64,000 bases of DNA. It comes from the human T2T-CHM13v2.0 reference genome, Homo sapiens. The stretch covers positions 21,920,001 through 21,984,000 of the forward strand of contig CP068257.2 in NCBI GenBank assembly GCA_009914755.4. The letters run 5' to 3'. Both the position numbers and the translations under genes were made by a program. Below the pieces are notes generated by a model that saw only the letters and a list, made by a program, of their open reading frames with translations, did no database searches and was not told where the DNA came from. Position 1 is the stretch's first letter, and every line of letters begins with the position of its first letter. Positions 25,020 to 38,430 of this stretch are shown here, in pieces.

Positions 25020-26640
25020 TGTGCCAATGTGCTCCTCTTTTATTCATTGTTATTAATTTCATTGCCACATACTCATTGTCCAAACTTATGAGATATGGTA
25101 GGATATTTCATTACATATGTACAATGTACAATGATCAGATTAGGGAAATTAGCAAATCCATCACCTCAAACAGTTGTCACTTCTTTGTGTTGAGAACATC
25201 CCAAACCCTCTCTTCTAGCTATCTACAAATATGCAATAAATTGTTAGTAATATAGTCACCTTACAGTGCCACAGAACCTTAAAAATTTTTCCTTCCATCT
25301 AGTTGCAATTGTGTATATGTGAACCAACCTTTCCCTATCTCCCCCTCCTGTTACCCTTTCCAGTCTTTTAGTAACCACTATTCTACTCCTTCCTTCTTTG
25401 AGATCAACTTTAATAGCTTCCACATATGAGTAAGTATATGCAGTATTTATCTTTCTATGGCTGGTTTACTTCACTTAACATAATAAAATGTTTCTACAGA
25501 TTTGCCTATTCTGGATGCTTTATTCAAATAGAATGATATAATATGTGGTCTTTCATGACTAACTTTTTTCATTCTGTATAATTTCATCATTTTGTAAGAG
25601 TCATCCATGCTCTAGCATGTTTACACACTTGATTGCACTTGATTGTTTTTATTGCTAAATAATATTACACTGTATGTATATCTAGAAATGGAATTGATAG
25701 GTCATATTACAGATCTATGTTTAACCTATTGAGGAAATGACAAATTCTTCCACATAAGCCAAACTGTTTTACATTTTCACCAGCAATGTATGAGAATTTC
25801 CATTTTCTAACTTCCTCACCAACACTTGTTATTGTCTGGCATGTTGGATATAGTCAGCCTAATAAGTATGAAGTGATATTTCACTGTGGTTTTGATTTGC
25901 ATTCCCTGATGGCTAATGTTGTTGAAAATTCTTTTATGTGTTTTGGGGCATTTCTATGTCTTCTGTATGTGAATATCTATTTATATTAATTGTTCATTTT
26001 TAACTGAGTTTTGTATTTTTATTTGTTTTCTATTGTTTTAAGAATTCATTATAAATTCTGGATAAAAGTTAAGTAGTAGATTTATAATTCTTAAATATTT
26101 TCTGCAACTTAATTGATTGTCTTATTAATATTATCATTGACATTATTATACACACCATAAAAATTAATTGTAATGAAGTAAAATTTCTTCATTTTTCTGT
26201 TAAATGTATTTTTGCTGTAATAGCTGAAAATCTATTGCCTATGTATTCTTCTAAGGTTTTATAGATTTAGATCTTAAATTTATGCTATTTTATATTTTGA
26301 GTTAATTTCCATGTAAGCTCTGAGGGAAGACATTGTCTTGGCATCATTATAGAGAAACAATAATAGAGGAACAATTAACCATTGCTATCCGTAGAGTTAG
26401 TAGATTTTGTTTATCTTTACAAAGAAGCATCATTTGGTTTTGTAAAATTTCTCTATTTTTCTTTTACTGTTTTCAATTTCAAAATTTTAACTCTGTTCTT
26501 TATTATTTCCTTTTTACTACTTGATACATGCTCGGGTTGCTTTTCTGTTTATAGTGTCTTAAGGTAAAAGTTTAGGTTATTTTTTTCTTTTTTGATATAA
26601 TTCTTTTAATCCAAAAAGTATCTCAGAATGCATAACTTAT
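25020..26640 (-). mobile_element. L1 3' portion (3' UTR plus ORF2 C-terminal region), antisense, older L1P/L1M
   Basis: ..ccaacctttccctatctccccctcctgttaccctttccag..ccacatatgagtaagtatatgcagtatttatctttctatggctggtttacttcacttaacataat.. matches the reverse complement of the L1 3' region (..ccacatataagtgagaacatgcagtatttgtctttctgtgcctggcttatttcacttaacataatg..). ..tttcactgtggttttgatttgcattccctgatggctaatgttgttgaaaattcttttatgtgttttggggcatttctatgtcttc.. matches the reverse complement of the ORF2 C-terminus (..attgtggttttgatttgcatttc.ctgatg...gatg.tgagcat.ttttcatgtg..tttgtatgtcttc). Boundaries are uncertain. Confidence 0.65.
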
Positions 26641-27467
26641 GGTAAGAGAGCTAAGGGGCTAAGTCAACAAGAGTAGTTCTGCTTTCATATGATTTATGAA
26701 CTGATATTTAAGAAATATTTTGTTCGAAATACAGGCTCTGTGAGTGTGCCTGTGTGTATGGTTTAAAGCAAAATCCAAGTCTTATGGAGAAAGTTACTTG
26801 AAGCAAAGAATGTACAAAATACCAGGACAATTGTATTAAATTAATCATAATGTAGTATAAGATATGCAAAGGGTGCCAGGCATTGACTCTATCTACTTTA
26901 TAATCTTGCCCTTCAAACTTATAATAGTAACATTTTTATGCAACTTAAAGTTATTGGAATGCTTATTTAGGAACTCATGATTTAAAAACACACGTAAAAC
27001 AAGTAACAGAGAGCTACTAAACTCATGTCTCAAGAATAAATCGAGTGTGCATTTGATTAGGTGAGTCTCATCTTAAAATGCATTATTTTTATGTTTTTTT
27101 TCATTTTAACATTTCTTTTGTTTAAACCTAATATAAAAAATAATATCCTAAATTCTGGCCTTTAGTGAAGAATAGTACAATAAGATTTGTATACTTCTAG
27201 AGTGAGCTGGTTAAAAAAAAAAAAAAGGGAAATATGCTCTAATGAGTATTTAGCTGCTTATCAATTATAAAATGTCAGAGAAAATATATCTAGCATAAAT
27301 AAAGTTTTTGCTTCTAATTCTAGTAGTAAATATTACATCTAGAAATCTTAGAACACCTAAAAAATTTTGAGAAAAAAATAAATATCATTTATAAGTTGTA
27401 TTGGTCAATAGTAGTTAATATACTACTATTTTTTCTGTTATATATTTCTTTATTTTTGAATGGAATC

Positions 27468-28762
27468 TGATATAGTTTAGATTTGGGGCACTGCCTAGTG
27501 GAGCTGTGAGAGGAGGGCCACTGTCCTCCAGACTCCTTAAATCGTGCATCTGGAAAAGCCACAGACACTCAATGCCAGTCAGTAAAAGTAGTTGTAGGGA
27601 ATGTACCCTGCAGAGCCACAGAAACAGAGATGCCCAAGGCCTGAAGAGATAACCCTTTGCATCTGTGTGGCCTGGATATGGGACATGGAGTCAAAGAAGA
27701 TTATTTTGGAGCTTTATGATTTATTGACTACCATCCTGGATTTTGGACTTTCATGGGCCTTTGGGTCCTTTGTTTTGGCTGATTTCTCCCTTTCAGAATG
27801 AATGTATTTACCTAATGCCTGTACCCCTATTTTATCTTTTTTTTTTTTTTTTTTTTTTTGAGATGGAATCTCACTCTGTCGCTCAGGCTAGAGTGCAATG
27901 GCACGATCCTGGCTCAGTGCAACCTTCACATCCCAGAGCAATTGTTCAAGCAATTGTCCTTCAAGCAATTATCCTGCCTCAGCCTTCTGAGTAGCTGGGA
28001 CTACAAGCACTTGCCACTATGCTTGGCTAATTTTTGTATTTTTAGTAGAGACAGGGGATTCACCATGTTGGCCAGGCTGGTCTTGAACTCCTGACCTCAG
28101 GTGATCTGTCTGCCTCGGCTTCCCAGAGTGCTGAGATTACAGGTGTGAGTCACCACGCCTGGCCCACTATTGTATCTTGGAAGTAACTAACTTGTTTTTG
28201 ATTTTACAGACTCAGAGGCAGAAGGGACTTCCTTGTCTCAGATGAGACTTCTGACTACGGACTTTTGAGTTAATGGTGAAATGAGTTAAGACATGAGAGA
28301 CTGTTGAGAAGGGAGAATTCTATTTTGCAATATAAGAAAGACATGAGATTTGGGAGGGGCTGGGGCAGAGTGATATGCTTTGGATTTGTGTCCCCACCTA
28401 AATCTTACGTCAAATTGTAATACCCAGTGTAGGAAGAGGGGCCCAGTGGGAGGTGATCGGATCATCGGGGCAGATTTCCCTCTTGCTGTTCTCATGATAG
28501 TGAGTGAGTTATCACGATATCTGGTTGCTTGAAAGTGTGTAGCACCTTCAGCTTCACTCTCTTCCTCCTCTGCCCATGTAAGATGTGCCTTCTTCCCTTT
28601 TGCCTTCTGCCATGATTTTAAGTTTCCTGAAACTTCCTCAGACATGCTTCCTGTACAGACTGCAGAACTGAGTCAATTAAAACTCTTTTCTTTATAAATT
28701 ACCCATCTCAGGTAGGCCATTGCTAGGTCTTTAGAGCAATGTGAGAATGGACTAATACAGAA
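27468..28762 (+). mobile_element. 5'-truncated or internally deleted THE1 (ERVL-MaLR) element: internal 3' portion, polypurine tract and 3' LTR, interrupted by an Alu
   Basis: 27478-27835 and 28166-28370 match the THE1 internal 3' region as I recall it: ..ggggcactgcctagtggagctgtgagaggagggccactgtcctccagac.., ..gacatggagtcaaagaagattattttggagctttatgatttattgac..ttttggactt..gggcctttgggtcctttgttttggctgatttctccc..gaatgaatgtatttacctaatgcctgtacccc | cattgtatcttggaagtaactaacttgtttttgattttacag..gagttaatggtgaaatgagttaagac... The purine-rich PPT agatttgggaggggctggggcagag sits immediately 5' of the 3' LTR. The 3' LTR (28371-28762) starts TGATATGCTTTGGATTTGTGTCCCCACCTAAATCT and ends ..gaatggactaataCAg. The element starts with tgatatagtttag, which looks like an LTR start fused to internal sequence. 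Confidence 0.75.
27836..28165 (-). mobile_element. Alu (AluS-like), antisense, nested inside the THE1 internal region, with ~13-bp TSD
   Basis: poly-T then gagatggaatctcactctgtcgctcaggctagagtgcaatggcacgatcctggctcag...gggattcaccatgttggccaggctggtcttgaactcctgacctcaggtgatctgtctgcctcggcttcccagagtgctgagattacaggtgtgagtcaccacgcctggccc. Flanks cccctattttatc and ccactattgtatc are the duplicated target site; the THE1 consensus is contiguous there as ..cccccattgtatcttgg... A small internal tandem duplication (caagcaattgtcctt / caagcaattatcctg) is present. Confidence 0.95.
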
Positions 28763-29587
28763 TCATACACGATAAGCTGTGTTAAGAGGTTTTTATTCAT
28801 AGAAGCATATATCTTGACCTAAGTTTAACATTTCTAATGATGAAAAGACATAAGGGCATTACGGTGGAAATGTCCTCTTTATACCGTCTTATTGCACTTG
28901 CCATAACAGATATCAGCATCCTTAACACAGGAGGGAGGAAGCTTTCCCTCCATGCTTCAGAGTATGTTTTTAACTTAAATAAAAGGTAATTTCAATGAAA
29001 TAAGTTTACTGTGTAACTTTAGAATTGGATCTAAGGTGCACATGTGTTATTGTATTTCAGTGTTATTTATTGCAAGGAAATTAATAGTTGCGTTTTAGGT
29101 GGTAATTATTTTTCATTCTTGGGTTTTTATTTCTACTTGTATATTCAGTAGCATCCCTAAGCAAAATATTATAACACCAACAAAATATTTTTCATTAACA
29201 ATTTTTTGTTAGAATAATAATGAGGCAAGAACAAAGAAGCTATGTATAAATTAAAAAGAATAATAATATGTCAAGCATAATTTTTTTAAAAGGATTCAGT
29301 AAACCAAGTTTTAAAAGACTGTAGAGAAAAATGTGGGTAGTGGGACATATTATCCAATATATCCAGATGTGTAATTCATATAAGGAAAAAAGCTGAGATA
29401 CCTCTGAAGGATAATGATATCCAGTTTGCCATATATAAGTTCATAAGCTGTGTACTTTACAACTTAACCCCAGTTTTATAGTTTAACATTTTCTTTTTCT
29501 ACCCTATTCCGTGGGGACTGGATTCTCTAACTATTCATTAATTATCAACTCTACTAACAAGCAAAGCTTTTCAAAGTTTAGCTTGGT

Positions 29588-29972
29588 TCTTATAATAGTC
29601 TGTTCTTGTCTTGCTATAAAGAAATACCTAGACTGGGTAATTCATAAAGAAAATAGGTTTGATTGACTCATGATTCTGCAGGCTGTACAGGAAGCATAGT
29701 GACTTCTGTGACGGCCTCAGGAAACTTGCTCATGGCAGAAGGCAAACTGGGAGCAAGTATCTTACATGGCTGGAGCAGGAGAAAGAGAGAAAGGAGAGGG
29801 GCAAACACTTTTAAACAATCAGGTCTCGTGAGAACTTTATCATAAGAATAGCACCAAAGGGAGAAATCCACCCACGCGATCGAATCACCTCCCACCAGTC
29901 CCCACCTCCAACATTGGCGGGTTCAATTCAACATGAGATTTAGGCAGGGAAACAAATCCAAACCAAATCAGT
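29588..29972 (-). mobile_element. THE1/MST-type ERVL-MaLR LTR (solo), antisense
   Basis: Read on + it matches the reverse complement of the THE1-type LTR. ..tagtctgttcttgtcttgctataaagaaatacctagactgggtaattcataaagaaaataggtttgattgactcatgattctgcaggctgtacaggaagcatag..ggcctcaggaaacttgctcatggcagaaggc.. parallels the reverse complement of ..ctttataaattacccagtctc..gactaataca. ..tctcgtgagaactttatcataagaatagcacc..atcgaatcacctcccaccagtccccacctccaacattggcgggttcaattcaacatgagatttaggcagggaaacaaatccaaaccaaatcag parallels the reverse complement of tgatatggtttgg..ccaaatctcat..ttgaattg..cccactgg...gggaggtgattgaatcatg. No PBS or PPT in the flanks. Confidence 0.7.
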
Positions 29973-30899
29973 TCCATTCAAAAACATAAAACAAGGTAAT
30001 TTTTGTCTTGATGGTTTGATTATATGAACTAAAATTATAGCAATAGGGTAACTGCATAATACCATTTAATGTCCATATTTGCCATCACTTGAGAGAGATA
30101 CATGACTCATAATGAAAGGCTTTTAAGTAATCAGAAATTCGTAACACAATAATTAAATCAATTTTTATTGAAGCTATCAGATAAGTAAGTTATTCTAGAC
30201 TACATTCTTTTCTCCAAAAGTTAAATAAATCAATAAATAGAAAATAGTATATGTACATTTAACATTTTTCAGGTGAGGAAGGATTATGTAGAATCAGGAG
30301 AATGAGACAAACATTCATCAATCACTAGGATAACAAACTAATGATAATAATTTTGACTTCTAGTTTCCAGTCTGGCATGTAAGAAGCTTTAACCCACCTA
30401 TCTATCGTAACAACAAATAAAAAGCTGAACAAACTGAAAGATCAACAACTCTTCTTAGATTCATCCGAAAAATGAAGTTACAGGGGAAACTACCGTCCCC
30501 AGAATTTGAGGTGGATTGGAGGTGGATAGGTGGATGAAATCACAACTTATCAGATCAGAAATCCACCAACAGAAAAAGAGGAAGCAGTAGTAGGGGAGGA
30601 AAACCTGAACTGTATTTGATGCATTCTGGTGAGGGAAGTGGAAAAGTAACCACTTTGAAATATGCCAGAACATTGTCTCTTGCTTACATTGAGGCCTGCC
30701 CTCGAGAGAAATTATTTTACCAAAGCCTAATCTATCAATATCTTATCAAAGTTTTACTGACTTGGTGAAAGAGAAATACCTAACTCCAAACCCTTCTAGG
30801 CATCAAGAATCACCGAAGAGGGTTAAAAAAAAAAAAAACAAAAACACAAAAGCAAAGACTAGAAGCATTTGTGGGGTTCACAGCCCAGGGGTTCAGGCA

Positions 30900-33800
30900 T
30901 ACTGAAGTATAGAGAACTAATTCTAAGACCATAGGACACTTCTTCTCCACATCTTCCCACCACATTACTAAAGGCTTATTTTCCACAGATTCTTTTACCC
31001 AATAGATTACGTCACTCTTTCAACAAAAACAACAAAATTACAAGACATGTAAAGGGGAAATAAAACAGTTTGATGAGACAGAGTAAGCATTAGGACAAGT
31101 CTTAGGTATGGCAGAGATGTTAGAATTATCAAACCATGAATGCAAAACAGTTGTGATTAATATAATAAAGGCACTAATGAAAAAAGTATACAATAGGCCA
31201 GAACAGATGGATAATATAAGTAGAGAGATGGAAAATCTAAGAAAGAATAAAAAAGAAATAATAGAGATAAAATTCACCATAACATAAATGAAGAATGCCT
31301 TTGACAGATTTTTCAATAGAAATTTCAAAAACTGAAAAGTGAAGAGAAAAAAGACTACCAAAGAAAAAAAGAAAGGGGACAGATGTCCAAGAACTGTGAG
31401 ACAACTACAAAAGGTGTAACACATGTGTAATGGAATACTAGAGGAGAAGAAAGGAAGGAAGGAAATATTTAAAGCAATAATGATGAAGAATTTTCCTAAA
31501 TTCATATCAGACACCAAGCTACAAATCAAGAAAAATCAGAGAATGTCAAACAAAATAAATCCCAAAAATTAAAATAAAAGTACACTGAAGCATATCATAG
31601 TCAAACTGCAGCAAATCAAAGATAAACATAAAATCTTCACAGAAGCCAGTGGTGGTGGGGGAAGAAACATCTCATATATAGAGGATTAAAGATAAAAATA
31701 ATATCAAACTTATTCGCAAAAAGTATGTATGCAAAGAGAGACTAGTGCATTATTTAAAAAAGTGTTGATAGAACAAAACCACTGGCCTAGAATTCTGTAC
31801 TATGCAAAATTATCTATCAAAGTGGAAGGACAAATAAAGGCTTTCTCAGACAAAAATTGAGAGAATTTGTTGCCAGTAAACCTGTTCTGCAGGAGATATT
31901 AGAAGTCCTTCAGAGAGAGGAAAAATGGAAAAGTTTAGAAGGTTGGATCTATATCAAGAAAAGAAGAACATTAGAGAAGGAGTAACTTAGAAAAAATAAA
32001 ATGTTTTATTTTTCTTATTCTAACTGATCTAACAGATAACCATCGCTCAAATAATAGCAACCATATATTTGATTATGTATGCATATATACAAATATATTT
32101 GTGTGTGTATACATATGCTCACATACATAGAGATATATAGAGAGATATATATATATTTGAATGCTTGAGTTTAAGTAAAATAAATGACAGTAAGAAAACC
32201 AATGACAGGAAGGAGGAATGAGAATTATTTTGTAATTATTAAATACACTATTCAGAAAGCAGTAAGATTTCATTTTAAAAGTGACTTTAGTTATGAATGT
32301 ATACTGCAAACTCTAGGACAACCACTAAAACAAATAAAGAAAAGGGGGGTTGTAACTGATATGCTAAGAAAAGAGAGAAAATAGAATCACATTAAATGAT
32401 TAATTGAAACTACAAAACGCATAAAAAATGCAACAAAAAATAGGAAGAAAGAAGAAGGGCAAAAAATAGAAAACGGTAACAAATATGGTAGATATTAACC
32501 TGACTTTATCAATGATCACTCTAAATATAATTTGTTCAAATATACAATTAGAAGCTAGAAATTGACATAATGGATTAAATAAAACAGAAACTACATATTA
32601 TCTACAAGAAACTGTGTTTAAATATAAACATAAAGGTTAAATTAAAGTGATAAAGGTAAACCATTCTGAAACTGATCAAATCAAGCAATTAATTTTAGAC
32701 AGAGCAGATTTCAGAGCATGGAAAGTTGTTAGGAATAAAGAGGGACATCATTTCATAATAAAGGATCAATTATACAAAAAGACAAAATATTTCATATAGA
32801 TAATGATGCACCTAACCACAGAGCATCAAAATATGAGGTAAAAACTATAAGGAGGAAACGATGAATTCACTATTTTAGTTGTAAACGTCAACACCACTGT
32901 ATCAGAAATGGGCAGAATCAGCAGGCAGAAAATCAATAAGAACATAGTTGAACTCAACAGCATCATCAGTCACCTGGATATAATTGACATCTATAGACTA
33001 CTTCATTCAATAACAGCAAAATACACAATCTTTTCAAGCTCACATAGAAATTCACCAAAATAGACCGCAATTCTGTGACAAAAATACACGTTAAGTATTT
33101 TTTTTAAATGGAAATGATGCAATGTTGGCTCTCAAGCAAGAGTGGTATTAAACTAGAAATTAAAAAAAAAAAAAAACAGACAGCTGAGAAATCCCCCAAA
33201 AATTCAGAGACTAAACAATGTATGTCTAAAGAAGAAATCTCTGGGCATATTTAAAATTATTTTGAACTTAAACAAAATACAATTTATTGCAATTTGTGAG
33301 GTGTAGTGAAAGCAGTGCTTAGAGGAAAATGTATAGCACTGAAGGCAAATATTATAAAAGAAGAAAGATTTAAAATAAATAATCAAACTTCCAAGTTAGG
33401 AAAAACAGAGAAAAAGAGCGAATTAAATCCAAAGTGAGATGAAAAAGTAAATAGTAAAAATTAGAGCAGAAATCAATAAAATTGAAAATAGTAAATCAAT
33501 GTAGAAAGTTAATATTTAAAGCTTGTTCTTTGAACAGATCGCTAAAGTTGATAGCCAAGCTAAGGAACAAAAAAAAAGCAAGAGAGAGAGAAACACAAAT
33601 TACTGATAATCAGAAATGAAAGAGGAAGCATCACTACACATTCCATGAACATGAAAAGGATAATAATGGAATACTTTGAACAATTTTATGCCTACAAATG
33701 TGACAACCTAGATGAAATGAACCAACTTCTAGAAAGATACAATCTGCCAAAACTCACACAAGAAGAAATAAGAAATCTAAGTGGCCATGTATCTACTAAA

Positions 33801-36270
33801 GAAATTTAATCTACAATTAATAAAATTCAAAAACAGAAAGCAACAGGCCCAAAGGGGTTCACTAGTGAATTTTCCCAATTATTTAAAAATCATGATACCA
33901 TTTATCTACAATCTTCTCCAAGAAGTAGCCTGAAGGAATACTTCCTAGCCTATTTTATGGGCATTATACTAATATCAAAGCTAGACAAAGACATTACAAG
34001 AAAATAAAACTACAGACCTATATCTCCCATGAACTTAGATGAAAACATTCTCAAGAACATATTAACAAATTGAATCCAACAATACATAAAAATATTAATA
34101 TACCACAACGAAGACCCAGTGACATTTATCTCAGTTATGCAGGCCTGGTTCAGCATTTGAACATTAATTAATGTAATTCATCACATCAACATGCTAAAGA
34201 AGAAAAATTACATGATTATATATCTATATACCACTTAATCATGATGAAAAGTCTCAGCAAACAAGAAATGGAGGCTAGCTTCCTCAGTGTAATAAAGAAT
34301 TCTTATAAAAATCCCAAAAGCAAACATCATACTTAGCTTTCCTGTTAAGATCAGAAACAATCCAAGGATGTCTCTTCTCACCACTGTTTTCCAACATTGT
34401 ACTGAGTGTCCTTGCTAATGCAATGAGAGGAGAAAATGAAATAAAAAGCCTACAGATTGGGAAGGAAGAAATAAAGCTGGCTTTGTTCAAAGCTAATATA
34501 TTCCTCTCTGTAGAAACTTATATATTCCTCTCTGTAGAAACTTCTAAAGAATGGAGAAAAACAACTAAAAAACTTCTGGCACTAATAAGTAATTATAGCA
34601 AGGTCAGATAATACAAGGTTAATAGAAGATCAAATGTTTTCATATATAGCAGCAATGAAGAAATGGGATTTGAGATTAAAAACACATTACTATTTACATG
34701 AGCACCATCAAAAATGAAATACTTATGTATAAATCTAACTACCTATGTATATCTATATGAGGAGTACTATGGAACTCTGATGAAATAAATCAAATAAAAA
34801 CTAAAGAGAGTTGTTTTATGTTCATGGGTATGAAGGTTCCATATTATCAGGATGTCAGTTCTTCCTAACTTGAACCATAGAATCAATGTAATCCCAATCA
34901 AAATCCCAGGAGGTTATTTCTATTCTTGGATATCAACAAACTGATTGTAAAGTTTATATTGAGAATCAAATGATCCAGGATAACCCATAGATCATAGACC
35001 TAAATGTAAAACACAAAACGATAAAGCTCCTAGAAGATAACTTAGGAGAAAGCCTGATGACCTTGGGGATGATGATAATTTTTTAGATGAAAAACTAAAG
35101 GCACAATCCATGAAAGTAAGAATTGATAAGCTGAACTTCATTACAACTAATAACTCCTGCTCTCCAAGAGACATGGTCAAGAAAGTTAGTAAAATACCCA
35201 CAGACTTCAAGAAACTATTTGCAAAAAACACATCTGATAAAGGATTGTTATCCAAAATAATGAAATAACTTTTTAAAATCAACAGTAAGAAAATAAATAA
35301 CATACTTTTAAAATGGTCAAAGAGACCTGAAGAGACACCCGAACAAAGAAGGTAAATAAACCATTAAGGAATTGCAAGTTAAAACAACAAGATACCACTA
35401 TGTAGATACTTATTAGAATGACCAAAATCCAAATAATGATGACACCAAATGCTGACAAGGATGTGGAGCAAAAGGAACTCTCATTCATTGCTGGTAGAAA
35501 TGCTAGATCCTACAGCGACTTTGGAAGACCTTAGTTTGGCAGTTTCTTACAAAATTGATCATACTCTCACCATAAGATTCACCAATTGTGCCTTGATATT
35601 TACCCAGAAGAATTAAAAATTTATGCACACATGAAAACCTGTGCATGGATGTTTATAGAAGCTTTACCTATAATCACCAAATGCAATCAAGATGTCCTTC
35701 AGTAATTAAACAGATAATTATACTCTGACACATCCAGACAATATAATATTATTTAGCACTAAAAATAAATGAGTTATCAGGCCTTGAAAAGACAGGGAAG
35801 AATATTATATGCATATGGTTAAGTTAAAGAAGCCAATCAGAAAAGTCTGCATTTGTTATGATTCCAATTTATAATATTGTGAAAAAAGCAAAACTGTGGA
35901 GACTTAAAAAATCAATGGTTACCTGGGATTGAGAGGAAGAGGAGATGACTTGGTGGAGGACAAAGAATTTTTAGCACATTGAAACTATATTGTATGATAC
36001 TACTATAATGGTGAATACAAGTCATTACACATTTGTCCAAACCCATAGAATATATAACACCAAGAGTGAATCTTAATGCAAACTGTTGGCTTCAGATGGT
36101 AATGTGTCAGCAGGTTCATAGGTTGTAATAAATGTGCCATGGGTGCCAATAGTGGGGTAGGTGTGTGTATGAGGTGGGGGACAGGGGATATTTGGGAATT
36201 CTGCTCTTTTTGCTCAACTTTGCTATAAAGCTAAAACTTTCCCCCAAAATAAAAAAGAAGTATATTTTAA
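30900..36270 (+). mobile_element. Ancient L1 (L1M-type), nearly full length and degenerate: ORF1 remnant, ORF2 remnant, 3' UTR and A-rich end
   Basis: ORF1-like region at ~31030-31990. ORF2 start at ~32490 (atggtagatattaacctgactttatcaatgatcactctaaatataatttgttcaaatatacaattagaagctagaaattgacataatggattaaataaaacagaaactacatattatctacaagaaactgtgtttaaatataaacataaaggttaaattaaagtgataaaggtaaaccattctgaaactgatcaaatcaagc), which parallels the L1 ORF2 endonuclease domain. The RT region follows through ~35500 (..gacacccgaacaaagaaggtaaataaaccattaaggaattgcaagttaaaacaacaagataccactatgtagatacttattagaatgaccaaaatccaaataatgatgacaccaaatgctgacaaggatgtggagcaaaaggaactctcattcattgctggtagaaatgc..). The 3' UTR end is ..ggtgggggacaggggatatttgggaattctgctctttttgctcaactttgctataaagctaaaactttcccccaaaataaaaaag. 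Many frameshifts and stop codons. The 5' boundary could lie anywhere in 30430-31030. Confidence 0.8.
34497..34544. repeat. 24-bp perfect tandem duplication inside the L1M
   Basis: tatattcctctctgtagaaactta tatattcctctctgtagaaacttc, read directly. Confidence 0.85.
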
Positions 36271-37993
36271 AAAAATTCAGTGCCAATACTGTAAAAATAA
36301 TAAAGTATGAAAGTATATTATTTATGTTTTGCATTGTTAATGCTCTAACTGAAAATGTTCTTAATATTGGTTCTAATTGCTGAAGACTAGGCTATGATTA
36401 CCAAGAAACTTGTCCTGTGACAATCTATGCATATTAGCAGAAGAGGCTTGCCTATGGAAAGAGAGAAATACAGCTAACTACATTACTGCTTCATACATTA
36501 CTGCTTCATTTCATTCGCCACATATCTGATTTGGTTTTTGAAAGATATCCACTCTCTTCTTCATTCTGGATCATTGATTGTCAGTGGAATCTTTACCCAC
36601 CCATTTAGATCCTGTAAGAAGAACCATAAGAGAAGTTTCCTGATATGTAAAGCATACTCTCCTTGTATATTCATAATCAATACATTTAATGTGATTTTTT
36701 TATTCTACGGATGGATAATTTTTGAATAAAATGCGTAGAACATAGTTGTATAAGTGTCACGACACACTTGGAGGTCATTTCCAGAGCTCACTAAATTTAA
36801 GATTTTATTTAGTCTGTGTGACAATACCAAATCAACATTAGAAAAATACCCTTAGGACCACAGTCGTTTTAACCCAATTACCTCTCTGAATCTATTCAAT
36901 TTATTTACAGCCATAGTAGCTGTTCTATTTGGCATTTCTATTTTTCATTGTCACTTCTCATTAATGGACTGGTTCAGTTCATGTCATTTGATGACTTCTG
37001 CATTGTCATTTTACTTCATTAACTGATTATTTTCTAATTGCTATTTTATGCCACTGTTTGATTCATCAGCTTTTAATATTCTGCTTAATTGACTTCTTTG
37101 TCTAAATGATGTGAGGGATAATGTGGCCGAATTTATTATTTAGCTTCCAAATTATGACATAGTGAAAGCTCAGTTTTGTTGTTCCATTTTCTAGATAGTA
37201 AAAATAAGGAAATATATTTGCATTCCAAATAAACACCTTTCATTAAAATATTCTTACTTCCTGCCTTTTTCAATTCCTTGTCAAAGATAAATAGCTTCAG
37301 AGACATCTAAGTATCATTTCTCATTTTTTGTAAGATTACATTTCATGAGATTTTTAAATCACAACTCAGATAACATTTTACATTATTTAGTAAAAAATTT
37401 TAAATCATTAACCTGGGAATAAAAGAAATTGGTGATTACAGCAAGAGTGTGTTTGGACTTTTATCAGCAGAGGTAGCATTATCAAATAGTAATTTTACTA
37501 ACAAAAAAATTATAAAGTGCTGAAGCTCAATTTATTTTTACATGTTTAATATTTTCTTATTGTAACTCTCACTGAGGAGGAATCTAGGCCACAAACAGTT
37601 TAACCTGACCAATTTCATGTAGCAATTAAGTGACAGAGCTGAGATTCAAAGCCAACTTTGCGTAACATAAAAGCCTGAGTTCTAGCTATACTCTTACGTA
37701 ATGGATCATGTGGAGTCCGAAGTCAGGGGATACATATAGTGCTGAGAAACAAAGATAAAAGCTCTTATTCTCAACCCATGACAGTTATCTCCGATATCTT
37801 CATTGACAAAGCTCTTCAAAGTCCTAATCTTTCTGCTTACTTGTTAGCCATGATGCATAAGAATCTCATTCAAAGCTAGAAATTTGGTCCATAGAGCACA
37901 AAATCTTGGGTATAGCATAAATACCTCACCTGGATTGTTACCATTTCCTTAGGATACTCCACTTTCCCCTATTCTCACATGAAATACAAAAAC

Positions 37994-38430
<437 letters not shown>

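Noticed and set aside
28326-28415. Apparent inverted repeat or palindrome at the 5' edge of the LTR (..catgagatttgggaggggctggggcagag | TGATATGCTTTGG..)
   Set aside because: It is explained by the normal THE1 structure. The purine-rich stretch is the polypurine tract that naturally precedes the 3' LTR. Its partial reverse-complementarity to the LTR start is a family feature, not a locus-specific rearrangement.
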